Assembly (NCBI RefSeq): GCF_018977255.1 | Contig: NW_024704742.1 | Span: forward strand, 53,880,001 to 53,940,000 | Length of the DNA stretch: 60,000 bases | Direction of reading: 5' to 3' | Origin: Callorhinchus milii | Taxonomy: Eukaryota | Shown: piece by piece, positions 47,376-60,000 of the stretch | Layout of the letters: each line of letters opens with the position of its first letter | How positions within the stretch are numbered: position 1 is the stretch's first letter | The notes under the pieces: model-generated | Databases searched by the model: none | Seen by the model: only the letters and a program-made list of their open reading frames with translations | What the model was told of the DNA's origin: nothing | Made by a program: the position numbers and the translations under genes

Positions 47376-48203
47376 TGAGATAAGACTGGTAAATTTATCA
47401 AATCGTGGGGATTCACCCCATACTTTCCATTCACACAAGAGGATTTATTACCACTCATTAAATACTGCAAATTTTAGTTTAGTATATATTAATATATATT
47501 CTAGTTTAGTATTTATTAGTATATATTCTAGTTCAGTATATATTATTTATGAGTTGAAAATGCAGGAGTCCTATTTAGGATTCGCAAAGAAGTTTAAATT
47601 TCAGATCCTGTCAATAACTGGGTGATCCACAGGACTTCCAATCCCGCATACTTGATAAAAGATTGTGTCAGATCATTGTTTGGCTTGTGTTAGCATGACC
47701 CACTCTAAGTTATGGGCCAGCAATTCAATATTTATCATCCTTTGCAAATCTAGGTAATGCACCATGATTAAATGCTGACTATAATGGTGGGCTATAATAT
47801 TGTTTTATATTTTTGGACAGGCATATTCTTCAATATTATGTTTCCTGCAACTTACAATATTACATTAAACAAAATTTTTAGTTTGAAAGATAAAATAGAG
47901 CACAGAATGGATTCTAGAAAACATATCATTAAATGATCTTGGTCTGCATAATACATTTATTTCCAGTAATTCACCATATTCTGTTCATGTTACATCCACA
48001 CTGTTTGTGTCTTTGAGTGAAATCCTCATCTTTTATGTTTTAATTCAATAGCTTTATGACCTTTTATTCACAGTGTTGTCACTGGGGCTTTAAGGATTGT
48101 TAAAATTCTCACAGAAGACACTCTTCGGGCTCAGGATTCAGATTCAGGGACTTTGTTTACAGACATGTGTGCGACTGAGAGTGGCACAGTGAAAGTCCTA
48201 CAG

Positions 48204-48612
48204 AACAACAACTTGCATTTATATAGCGCCCTTCAGATGGGGTATATTCCTGGAGCGCAGTGGTGGAGTCTGATACTGAGACAGGGGGAGAGGGAGGTGG
48301 GAGATGACTGCAATCACAATCAAAAGGGTTATCCTTAGGCAAGACTTGAACATGGGGAGGGAGCGGGAAAGGCAGAGGGATTGAAGGAGAGTTTCTGGAA
48401 GGCATAGTGGTGGAGCGGAGGGGACGAGGGACAAACAGGAGACCAGAGCCGGCCAAGCGGAAGCAGCGAGTGGTGAAGTCGGGGTAAGCAGATCAGATAG
48501 GTAGGGAGGTCCGAGGGCATAAAAGGATTTGAAAATGAGTGAGAGAATCTTGAATTTGATCGGTTTGATAATTGAGAGCCAGTGGAGCCTGGCGGAGTTA
48601 TGAATTAATTGC
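48204..48612 (-). mobile_element. L2 3' fragment
   Basis: QLIHNSARLHWLSIIKPIKFKILSLIFKSFYALGPPYLSDLL; AACAACAACTTGCATTTATATAGCGCC tail. Confidence 0.85.
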
Positions 48613-50179
48613 ATTAAAATGCTGTCACAAAGCCACAGTTAGTAATTGTAATAGTATTTTGATCCACCTATTATGTGTGATTGAAGCTATAAAATCAAGA
48701 TTGCAGAAACTGGGGTTTTGACATGTGGGAATTGAGAGAAGGGGATAAAAAAAACGGAAGTCAGGACAGGTAACTGTAAGGAGCACACGGGATCTATGAG
48801 TAAGTATATAATGTTTTAAGCCTAATTTGGTATTAATCATGAAAGAACGTGATGTTGAAAGTATTCACAGATAGTTTTGAAAACAGGAACACAATTCCTT
48901 ACAAATTAGAAGAGAGGTTCATTTGAAGAATGTCCTTCAGCCAACTTAATTTTATTCTTCCAGAATTACCCTTCCATCCATTCCAACTGTTGATCATCAT
49001 TATGTAAAAAAGTACTTACTGGTGCCTGTCTTATTTACTTCAATACTTTTTATTTGATATCACAGACATTTAGTGAAGAAGCTTTGCTGAACTATACGAT
49101 GTCCATGTTTACACATAAATCCATGCATCTTCTGGTACTGCATCATCATAGGCAGTCTGTTGTTTGTTCTCAACCTTAACATTGCAAATCTCTTCTACAA
49201 TCTCAATTTACAGAATAGAAGTAGCCTATGTGGCCTATTGAGTGTTTGCTTGTGGTTACTCTTCCACTATAGCTATCCAAATTCCCAGCTCTGTCTCAAA
49301 AGCCTTTGATACTGATCCTTGTCAAATATTTATCCAGTTTTCCATTACTCTGATAGTCAGTGTTGGCAAAGCATACAGTGCCGCAATAAACTGCTGCATG
49401 AAAAAAATATTTTAGTGATAAGCTGAAATTTACACATAAAACAAAAACAATTTTGTCTTTTAAATGACTTGGCACAATTCACAATCACCTGTAATTGTTG
49501 TAAATGGTTGTTCATTACAAATAAGTGGTATGTGTAATTACTTCTGCATACATGAATTTACACATGGTTAACACAGTCCACAATTTAGATTCCTATATGA
49601 AGTAAATGTATTTGCCTTGGGATGTCCTCCCAAAGTGAAAGGCCCTATAAAAATGTAATTTTGTTGTTGAGGTACATTTTAGCTGGGGAGGAGGTGGGGG
49701 TTGACGATGCATTTTTGAGTTTCACTTTATGACTTATGCCATTAACTGAAGAGCTTAGTTACATTCCAGCCTTGTATCTCATCCTTCAGTACAAATTCCA
49801 CATGGAATACTTCATAATAGGAATTGACAACAGCCAAGAGTCGAAACCTTTAAACAGCATTGTGACTATGAAAATGAAGACAAGCATATTCACAACATAA
49901 AGCAGAGCACTTTGATGTCCATTGAAATATTTTAGGATTTCTCACATTTTAAAAGTTTGTGGTATAGAAATGGCTTTGATCTTGGTGATCAAAGGCATCT
50001 GAATTACCAAGATGTCTATGCGACAATCTTCAGGAAGGAGAATTCCTAGAGGTAACAGAAGAACTCCCTCCTCCTTTTATACCGAGGTATTTTGCCAAGA
50101 CGAGCAATTGCTAATGGGTCACATACGTTCCAGTAAGAGGTTCTCTTTTTCAAGTTTTACAAGGCTCACTCATTTAAGT

Positions 50180-50537
50180 GACTGTGGATTCAAGCACATG
50201 TTGCGATTTTGAACTCATACTCTAGGCTCCAATACAGTACTGGAGGTGTGCTGCATTGTTGGAAGTGCTGTCCTTCAAATGAGATGTTAAACAAAGGTTC
50301 AAGTGGGTGTAAGAAATCCCACTGCATATTTCAAAAGAGAAGGGAATTTCTCCCAGTATCTCGGCCAACAACCCCCTGATAAAATTGATCATTTACTTAA
50401 TGGTTGTTTGTGGGACATTGGTGTGGGCCATGTTCGCCTAGAAAATATACAGTTTCTACACTTTACAGTGAATCCTGTGAAGCACTTTGAAACAACCTCC
50501 TGACATGAAAGGCTTTATATCAAATGCAATAATTATT
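50180..50537 (+). mobile_element. Deu-domain SINE
   Basis: GTGCTGCATTGTTGGAAGTGCTGTCCTTCAAATGAGATGTTAAACAAAGG body and shared tail. Confidence 0.75.
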
Positions 50538-50634
50538 TAGAATTGTTGTGCACTCAAACTATATAGTGTTCTGGACAGACCTAGAGCATTGCGTACAGTT
50601 CTGATCAACGTGATATAAGGAGTCATCTACAATG

Positions 50635-51272
50635 ACAACAACAACAAAATTACATTTGTATAGCGGCTTTCACGTCGGGAGGATGTCCCAAGAGACTGGA
50701 CAGTCTGAGTTTCGGACCTGAGCTGGGGATCGGGATCGGGGAGGGTGGAGGACAGGGGGGGAAGAAGGGTGATTGGAAGCACGGTCGAAGAGGAGGATCT
50801 TGAGATGGGTCTCGAAGGAGGCAAGGGAGGGGCGAGGCAGAGGGACTGCGGGATGGAGTTCCAGTGGGTGGCGACAGAGAGGCGGAAGGCCCGCCCACCA
50901 ATAGTGGAGCGAGCGAGGCGGGGACGTGAGGCAGGCCGGAGCCCGCTGAGTGAAGGGAATGAGCAGGACGGTAGGGGGGAGCAAGACCATAGAGGGCTTT
51001 GAAGGTGAGGACCAAGATCTTGAACTGTATCCTCTGTGTGATGGGAAGCCAGTGGAGTTGGGCGAAGATGGGATTGAAAGGGTCACGAAGCCTGGTGTGG
51101 GAGGGGACACGGGCTGCAGAGTTCTGGATGATCTGTAGCCTAAGGAGGGAGGAGTTGGAGAGGCTGACAAGCAAGGAGTTTGCAGAGAGGTACAGTTGGG
51201 TGTCATCCGCATACATGTGGAAGTTGACCACATGTCTGAGGATGATGTCACCAAGAGGGAGCATACAGATAT
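50635..51272 (-). mobile_element. L2 family B with an internal deletion
   Basis: MLPLGDIILRHVVNFHMYADDTQLYLS joined directly to ANSLLVSL...LHWLPITQRIQFKILVLTFKALYGLAPPY; (TTG)n tail. Confidence 0.95.
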
Positions 51273-52559
51273 AGGCCCTAGGCCCTAGAGCCAGTACAGA
51301 GTAAAGCAACAAAGATGATTCCAAGTGTTAGAGGAATGATCTATAATATGAGCAATAATTAGACAAGCTGGGATGGATGGGAAGCAAACATGCACCAGTT
51401 ATTTATTTGAAATCGGTAGTTTGCTTCAACCACTCGTTAGGCGCCATGCAAATATAATTTTGTTGTTGTTGTTGAACAGCCAAGGAATTCCAGCCCAGTT
51501 TCCTATATTACCTTTTCCTACACAGATTGGGAGGTATATGTTGAATTTGAAGTGTAGGATTATGGAATAGAAAAGCATAGGAGGGAGAAGGGGGAATCAG
51601 GCCAAATTCAATAATGTTTTGGAATATAATAGAGGGAAATCTCAGGTTGTGTTATCATCTTCATAAAATAGCTATTCATGAAGCACACTGTTACTAGCAA
51701 CCGTTTTGGTCAAATATCAACTGCGCGAATAAATATTTGTTGCCTTTAAGCAGCAGTTTCAAGTCTCCTTCTCTTCAATATTACACAAGAAAGCTTCTAT
51801 GGAAAATACATGTGCTTTCAGAGTTCTTGCTGATATGACTGGTGGAGGATTGATTCCGTTTTGGATGCTTTGATGCACTGTCTTTGATTCTCAACAGCTA
51901 TACAAATGTAATCATCTTATTGTTGTTGTATATCAATTTTCAATTAGTTAGTTTGGGGAAGATCCCTTTGTATCAGTATTCCTGTACCTGAATGTGACTT
52001 GTTGCTTCTCTTAACCAGTGGAGAACGTTCTTGGTTCTGGTCATTTTTCTGACTCACTTGCAAATGTGCATTTATGCAAAAGGTGCTATAAAAGTGAAAG
52101 CACTTTGATTAGAATAACAAAACAATATTGTAAGACCACTACAGGAATGAAAATCTCCATTTCCATTGAAATCTCACTTTAGAAAATGCAAGGATTATTA
52201 TTAATATTCTAACTTTAAAACCATTCCCATGGTCACCTCCCCCTCCCCTTTTTCCCTTGTTTAGTGTCAGACCCCGCTACTGTGCAATGCTCCGAGGAGC
52301 TATCCTGTGTGAAGGACACTATTTCAAAGCACGTTGTTGTTGAAGCAGTAGCAGCTAGAGAAGGAAATGCCAATGAAAGTGAATCAAAATGACATGACGA
52401 AAGATGGTGAGAAATTCTACCTGAGACTAATTTTACTCAATTTATGTAGCATGTCAAATTTGGAAAATTATTGAATTCAGTCTTAACTTTGAAGTTGTTT
52501 TTCTGTAATTCTTAAAGAAAAAACGGCTTCAAAACTAAGACTGTAAGAAATTGTCATAC

Positions 52560-52875
52560 CATCCTTCAGATGAGAGGGTTAAACCAAGGTCCCATCTGCC
52601 TGTTCAGGTAGATATTAAAGATCCCATGGCATTATTCAAAAAGAGAAGGGAGTTTCTCTATGTGTCCTGTCCAACAATCACACACCCCCCCAAATAAAGT
52701 TGGTCATTCACTCCATGGCTGTTTGTGGGACATTGCACATTTACGAGCTGCCACATTTCACTCATATAAATACATACTTGAAAGTATATCCTGTGAAAAG
52801 CTTTGAAGCATCTCATTGATGTGATAAGGTGCTATATCAAATACAAAAATATCAAAAATGCAAGGATTATTATTA
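52560..52875 (+). mobile_element. Deu-domain SINE, 3' part
   Basis: CCTTCAGATGAGAGGGTTAAACCAAGGTCCCATCTGCCTGTTCAGGTAGATATTAAAGATCCCATGGCATTATTC; tail AATGCAAGGATTATTATTA. Confidence 0.82.
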
Positions 52876-54901
52876 AATCATGGATGTTCTAAGGTGTTAC
52901 ATAAATAGCATAAATGTAAACACAACTGGAATTTCTGTCTATCAACCTTCAACTGCAGCAAAAAAGGAAAGAGCTGTAAATCATATACAAACATGAACAA
53001 AGTATTAAGTTGGGACATTCAGTGGGCAGTAAGATCACCATAAATTGTGCATTTTGTAAAGCATGAAGCAAATAAGCCAAATACTAATGCATTGAATGGA
53101 TAATTTATTGGTGAAAAAAAACTTTCCAGAAAGGTTTGCAAGCTAAAATCCTGACTGATAACTTTTCTGTTTTCAGTCTTAACAACACAGCCTTGGTAAG
53201 TGTGGTATACCTAGCTCTGAGGATGAAAGAGATGATAGTGTATTCCTTGGATACTTGGAAAGGCTGCATAGTATTTTTATGGTTCAGATTAAAGAGTTGC
53301 AAGATGAAAAAAAAAATTATCCACGGATTGTATACAATTGACATTTCTAAAGCACTTACATAAGAACATCTAAAAGCATGTTGCTGCAACGGAGTGGGAG
53401 TCCATTCCCAAGGTAGGTGGGAAGTGGCTGAAGAGATAGTCAAAGTGATAGCCTTTTAGACATGTTTTGAAATCAGAGAGAAAACAAAGTGGAAGGATTT
53501 AGTGAGAGAGTTCCAGAGAGCGATGGTGATGTAAACTGCTATGTAACATGGCTGAAAACTTGTCCATTCATAATGGAGCAGAGTACCTGAAGCAGGCATG
53601 AGTTGCAGAGGGGAATGGAGTCATTGGGGAGAGTAGGATGAAAGGAGAAAACAGTTAAAAATACGAAAGGTTATGTCAGATGTCGTATTTCAGACATGGC
53701 ATTGTTAAAATTAAACAAATACATTTATTGTTGTATCTTTCTTGTTTATTAATATCAAAAGACAAACAATTAGCAGTTCTCTGATTCGATTGTGGATGCT
53801 GCACACAGACTACATAGTGTAACAGGAGACCTGGGGCAAGTGCAAACTGATTAAATAGTAAAGTCAATTCCACAAACAGCACTGCTATCAAACCATTTGG
53901 AGGTGCCAGTGCAGTTTGTAATTACTGCAGCTAATCTGATTTCATTTGCAAGATCTTATAATTTGAACCATGATGGGTATAGAATTTGCCCTATTAAAAA
54001 ATACAAAGTGTAACATATATAACTTACAGGTAACTGGACACAGAGCGAGGAAGCACTACCGTTGCTCAGGTTTTCAAGAGAAACAGGTCTTTACTGACAT
54101 ATTTCAGGGTTCATTAAATAATAAAAGTCACCCAACTCCAGAATCAATTAACCTTAAAGCCAGTGGGACGGCACAGCGTGATTTAACAATGCTATAATCA
54201 TGTACACCCTGATTTAGCACATATGGCAGAGCAATTTCAGGACTTTAAGTTACAAAATTACAAAGACTGAAGGCTCTGGCCAACAATACAATTACATTTT
54301 GTCGAGCATGACTGCAGACTACTGGTACGTAAAAGAATAATTCAGTTCAGGATACAAACACATACTTTAATTGATGTGTCAACCCTGTTGCGGTTATGTA
54401 TTCTTTTACCCTCAGCATTCATGATGCATTCAGTTGGGAAATAACAATGCAATGTATTAACTTAAATAAATTGGATTTGTCTTCCTTCATATCTAAAGAT
54501 GTTTGTTAACCATAATCAAAATATTTTATATGACATTTGCCAGTATCAGAGAATAAGTTTAAATCTCCTCAGTGGGATCTACAAGCAACTCTAATGAACA
54601 ATTACTAAATAATTATCCCCAAGTTGTGTACATTACTAAAAAAGAAGACTGAATTTGCATGTTTTAATGATGTCCATGTATATTATACATTATTGAGCTA
54701 ATATAATTACTCAGTTTACCAGTGCAAATAAGATTCACTGAACTAGTCCAACATGAGCCACACAACACATTGGAGCTTTTGGCATTTGATGAAGGACATA
54801 TCTATAATCCCAGAATTTATTAGTGAGCCAGACAGACTGGTCAAATATGATCAATATCCTGTGAAGCGCTTTGAGACACCTTCCCAATGTGAAAGGCTCT
54901 A

Positions 54902-55485
54902 TAAGAACATAAGAAGATAAGAATTTGCTAGGCGAAAGAAGAACAAGGTCCATCTAGTTTGCCTTACAAAATACAAAATTACATTTGTATAATGCCTTTC
55001 ACATCGGGAGGACATCCCAAGGCCTTCCACCATCCTGGAAGTCGCTTGCCATGTCGTGTCCCAATCTATATAATGTATCCTGCAATATTATTTTCTAGCA
55101 GTAATCTATCTAATTTGTTCTTGAAACAAATAACATTTTATACTTCCACTGTCTCCCTAGGGAGTCTGTTCCATTTGTGCACTATTCACTCACTGAAATA
55201 GTGTTTCTGCAGATTTGTTCTGAATTTACTCCCTTTCAATCGCAGGCCATATCCTCTGGTTGTACTGTTCAGTACAAGATAAAACAGCTTTTCATGGTCT
55301 ACATTACCTATTCCCTTCAGAATCTTAAAGACCACAATAATATCACCCTTCAACCTCCAGTGTGAACGTGCCCAGTTTATCTAATCGTTCCTTGTAGTCC
55401 AGTCCTCTATCCCCTCAATCATTTTGGTTGTCCTCCTCTGTATCCTCTCAATCGCTAAAAAATCCTTTTTATATTTTACATACCA
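54902..55485 (-). mobile_element. CR1 3' fragment interrupted by an L2 family B tail (about 54968-55026)
   Basis: YKKDFLAIERIQRRTTKMIEG; (TTCTTATG)n-type tail; 3'UTR GCCTT...CCACCATCC split by an L2 tail. Confidence 0.82.
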
Positions 55486-56025
55486 AATATCAGGATTATT
55501 ATTTATCGCTGCTTTGAAATATTGTAACCCTTGGAAATGCCCCATAAAAGAAGATATTTTTGGACAATGACTTCCAAATAATGAACAACAACAACAACTT
55601 GTATTTACATAGTGCCTTCCACGCCGGGTGGCGACCCGGAGCACTTGAAGTGCTAAATGATTTGACAATCTCTCAAAACTATGACTTTTGGGTCCTAAGC
55701 CTAGTTCTCAGCAGATTATGGTATCTGGAATGTGCTAATGTAAAGTATTGGCTCTCTAACTTGTCTGGAGTCTCCATTGATGAAAATATATGTGCCAAAT
55801 TAATTTAGCCCACGACGAATGTCAAGCCTTTAGGATACCTACAGCCTATCTGTATAGCCTACCCTTCTGTTTATGAAACTTCTTTGGAACTATAGAACTA
55901 TACATTGCAAATTTACAGTACAGAATAAGGCCATTAGGACCAATATGCCTGAGCTGGCTCTTTTAAAAAGCGATCCTTTCAGTCCATTTACTTTTCTCCA
56001 TAATCATTTTTACTCATAATCATCT

Positions 56026-56373
56026 GGAGTCCTGTAGCTCAGTGGTTAGAGATGGAGTCCTTTAGCTCAGTGGTTAGAGCACTTGCTTTGCAAGTGAGAG
56101 ACCTGAGTTCAATTCCAGGCAGGGCGAAACCTTGGGCAAGTTTCCTTACTCCACACGCCTAATAATAATCCCTCCAAAACCAAAAATAATAATAAATTGG
56201 TCATTTTCAATCTATGACTGTTTGTGGGACATTGCTGTGTGCAATTGGCTGCCGCGTTTGCTCACAAATATAGTCAATTCACTTTACAGTGTGTTCTGTG
56301 AAGCGCTTTGGGACGTCCTCCCGACGTGAAAAGCGCTATATCAAATGCAAGGATTATTATTATTATTATTATT
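56026..56373 (+). mobile_element. tRNA-Ala SINE, full length, short form, with duplicated head
   Basis: GGAGTCCTGTAGCTCAGTGGTTAGAG at 56026 repeated at 56054; (TTA)n tail. Confidence 0.93.
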
Positions 56374-57145
56374 ACTCCTTTTTCAGCATCTATCGAGTTC
56401 CGTTTTTGAAAGCTGACATGTATTCTGCGTTAACTACCTCTCAAAGCACGGCATTCCATATCCATTGCTTGAACATTTTTCTCCATATCTCCAATATTTG
56501 CTAGCTATGTTAAATCCCTGTAGCTGTTGTCGATAATCCATCATTTTATTAGCCTATCACCTTTTCTGAAACTAATTTTTAATATCCTTCGCCTCCAGAA
56601 AACTCAGTTCTCACTACTTGTCATTTTTTCCTATATTTTAATTATATCTTCTTTGCCTTAAAGTGTATTCTTGAAGTCTTGATTTATTCACTCTCGGTTG
56701 GTCTTATTCTCCCAATATTCCCCTCTATTTTAATAGGATATAATTATTTTCAGCATCCCTTCAAATAATCTTTAAGCAAATTACATTTTTGTTTTGATTG
56801 ATTTTCTATAACCGGTTTTCACCTAAACCTTCAAAGTTAGAACTCAGGTCCCTTTTCTGGGTACTGTTGGGCTATGGGTGGTACTGACAAGAATACTTGC
56901 TCAGCAGATGTCTTCCTTCTTTGAAATGTAAAAAAATCATCAAAGACTGAGTTAGTTGCATAATAGAGGAACCTGATCAGCCATCAATGAAAAAACAAAG
57001 GCAGTTATTTTTAATGAGTTGCTGCCACACACAAAATGGAGGATAGGAACCAGTAGGAAGAAAGCATGTGAAAGTTAGAAAATCCCAAATAGGCCAAGTT
57101 AGGCAGAGAAAAGTAAAATAATAGTTAATTTGAACTACTGATGTG

Positions 57146-58706
57146 TAACATAACATAACATGTAGGAGCAGGAGTAGGCCATTCGGCCCTTCAAGCCTGC
57201 CCCACCATTCAATCATGGCTGATCTTCTAATCTAACTCCAGCTAATAACATAACCCTGCCTTATCCCCATATCCCTTAATCCCTTTTGCAATAAGAAATA
57301 TATCTATCACAGTCTTGAATATGTTCAAGGACTGAGCGTCAACAGCCCTTTGGGCTAATGAGTTCCATACATTCACCACCCTTTGAGTGAAGAAGTTCTT
57401 CCTCAACTCAGTGTGAAAGGGCTGGCCTCTGATTTTAAGGTTGTGACCCCTGGTTTTAGTTTCTCCAACCAGGGAAAACAATCTCCCACTATCTACTCTA
57501 TCATGCCCTTTGATGATCTTATAGGTTTCTATAAGATCCCCTCTAATTCTTCTATATTCTAGAGAATATAGGCCCAAATTGGTCAGCCTATCCTCGTAAC
57601 TCATCCCCTTCATCCCTGGTACTAACCCAGTAAATCTACACTGCATCCCCTCCAAGGCAAGTACATCCTTCCTTAAATAAGGAAACCAAAACTGCACACA
57701 GTATTCCAGGTGTGGCCTCACCAGGGCCCTATACAGTTGCAGCAAGACTTCCCTACTCTTATACTCTAATCCTTTCATAATGAATGCTAACATACCGTTT
57801 GCCTTCCTAATTGCTGCTGCACCGCAGACTAACTTTCTGTGATTGGTGTACAAGGACACCCAAGTCCCTCTGGACGCTAACACATTCCAGTCTCTCCCCT
57901 TCTAAAAAATAACCCGCTCTATTGTTTTTGCTACCGAGGTGGATGATTTTGCACTTCCCTACATTATACTTCATCTGCCACCTACCTGCCAAATTACCTA
58001 ACCTATCTATGTCTCGCTGCATTTTTTTAATATCATCCTTTGTGTTGACACTTCCTCCTAGTTTTGTGTCATCCTCGAATTTAGATATACTAGTCACATC
58101 CCGCCAATCTGAAAAGGACCCGTTTATCCATCCTCTTTGTTTCCTACCCGTTAACCATTCCCCAATCCATGTTAATATGCTCCCCCCAATTCCATGGGCC
58201 CCTATCTTTTGGACTCACCTTTTATGCGGGACCTTGTTGAATGCCTTCTGGAAGTCCAAATAGACCACATCCACTGATTCACCCTTATCTAGTTTACTCA
58301 AAATATCCTCAAAAAATTCTATGAGATTTGTCAAACATGACTTCCCTTTTGTAAAGCCATGTTGACTTGGCCTAATTATATTGTGCTCCTCTAAATACCA
58401 CACTACCACATCCTTAATCAATGATTCTAAAATGTTTCCTATCACTGATGTTAGACTAACTGGCCTATACTCCCCATCTTTTCCTTTCCACCTTTTTTAA
58501 ATAGTGGCGTGACATTTGCGAGCTTCCAATCCATGGGGACTGTTCCAGAATCCAAGGAATTTAGGAAGATCAGACACAAGGCTTCCACTATTTCATAAGC
58601 TGCCACTTTTAAAACCCTGGGATGCAAGCCATCCGGACCAGGGGATTTGTCACTTTTTAGTGCTAACAGTTTCCCTAGCACCAATCCTCTACTAATGAAA
58701 ATTTCC
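57146..58706 (-). mobile_element. CR1 LINE, 5'-truncated, ORF2 RT region with frameshifts
   Basis: KSPGPDGLHPRVLK, DWKLANVTPLFKKG, SQHGFTKGKSCLTNLIEFFE, DVVYLDFQKAF, KFEDDTKLGG, LVRPHLEYCVQFW, TRGHNLK; (ATGTT)n tail. Confidence 0.97.
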
Positions 58707-59496
58707 CTAGAATGTAAGCACACCATGTGCAATCTGGATGAACAGATTGCAGCAGTGCAGAACATTTTTCCTCCACAATCTAACAGGATCCAAGTTGGTT
58801 AAACTTATTTTACACTTTCGTAGGTATAAGCTACAAAGCCATGAGTTCAATCTATAAAAAATAAACACATGTTACCACTCTGAATGCCGAAAAGCAAGAT
58901 AATTCAGAAAGCAGTGTTATTTTCCTGGAACCAATTGTAACATCACTTGTAGTGATTCAATATTTTTTCTGGTCAACTGGATATCTGACTGATGTGGAAA
59001 CTTATCACCATGCTTAAAGGCATCAAAGCCAGATTGAGAATTTCACATATGTATGCCTATGCCACCTACAGCACGGAAATTCCTGTGTTTGGAATGGAAT
59101 GCACACCCTCTCCCTTGAGAGGCCTAAACTGTTTACCTAATTCTGGTGAGCATTAGGCACAGGTTGGCAAGAGCAAGTTTGGGGATGCCAGAGTGTGTTA
59201 GAGTTTAACCAACTAGAGCTACACAGCTTGTCATTGTGAATACAAGCTTCCCTCTACTTGTCTAGTTATTACCACCTTAATAGGAGTAGTAGGTGAACAA
59301 ACACATCCCTCAATGACTGGTCTGCCCCTCAAAGTCCTGTTAATGAGCCAGGCTGGCTCGTCTGTTATCAGACGTGCCCTGGAGTACTGCAGACCCTCAG
59401 GAAATATGGAATTTAGCATGTGCACTACTAATGTGCCAATGTGCATGTGTTTTGGAACACAATCCTATGTGGCATGTATCCACATCCACATTACAT

Positions 59497-60000
59497 TTAT
59501 CTTCTCAACTTGTACATGATCCCTCTTGGTGACATCATCCGCAGACATGAGGTCAACTTCCAGTGTATGTGGATGCAGACAACGCTATCTCTCTGCCTCC
59601 ACCCTTGACTCCAGGACCACTGCTGTCCTGGCAGAATTTCTGTCAGACATCGTCCTAAATGAGAGCTAACTTTCTGCAGTTGAACGTCAACAAGACCAAG
59701 GCTTTCCTGATTGGTTCCTATCAGTGCCTCCACACCTCAGACATTGGCAGCATCACCATCCATGGATGCACCCTCCACCTCACTGAGCCAGTCCAGAATC
59801 TTGGCGGAGTGTTTGACACATTGCTCGTGTCCTCACCCGTACCAGGCTCCATGACCCCATTAATCCCACCATCGCTTGGCTCCACTGGTTCCCCATCCCC
59901 CAGAGGATAGAATTCAAAATCTTTGAACTCTTTTTCAAGACCCTCCACGGCACCTCCCTACCTATGACCTGCTCACCCCATATTAACCTGTCTGCTCCCT
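59497..60000 (+). mobile_element. L2 family B fragment (cut by window end)
   Basis: PLGDIIRRHEVNF and MRANFLQLNVNKTKA...PVQNLG; matches 46210-47375. Confidence 0.92.

Noticed and set aside
57242..58765. Multi-exon gene suggested by consecutive minus-strand ORFs
   Set aside because: Frameshifted pieces of one CR1 ORF2, with no splice signals between them.

Overview
AT-rich, repeat-dense vertebrate DNA, intronic or intergenic. The repeat repertoire points to a cartilaginous fish, probably a chimaera such as Callorhinchus (inference, not verified). I recognise no host protein-coding gene. Every long ORF in the track is a retroelement remnant or a chance ORF. Contents: two L2-clade LINE families told apart by their 3' ends, several CR1 LINE remnants (largest 57146-58706), and two SINE families (tRNA-Ala-headed and Deu-domain) that share an L2-type tail. 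There is also an older SINE relic, hAT-type and palindromic MITEs, Penelope-like relics, and the 5' end of an LTR retroelement or ERV at about 5050-6390 (LTR, Tyr-like PBS, repeated hairpin leader, gag-like ORF). The best second-look items are the ERV leader architecture, the covarying LINE/SINE 3' stem-loop, modular SINE head swapping, a three-layer nested insertion, an inverted SINE pair, a palindromic TCF/LEF cluster and a few well-formed candidate exons. I found no new biological system that I can support from sequence alone. Boundaries are read by eye and are approximate. Family names come from recalled consensus features, not database searches.
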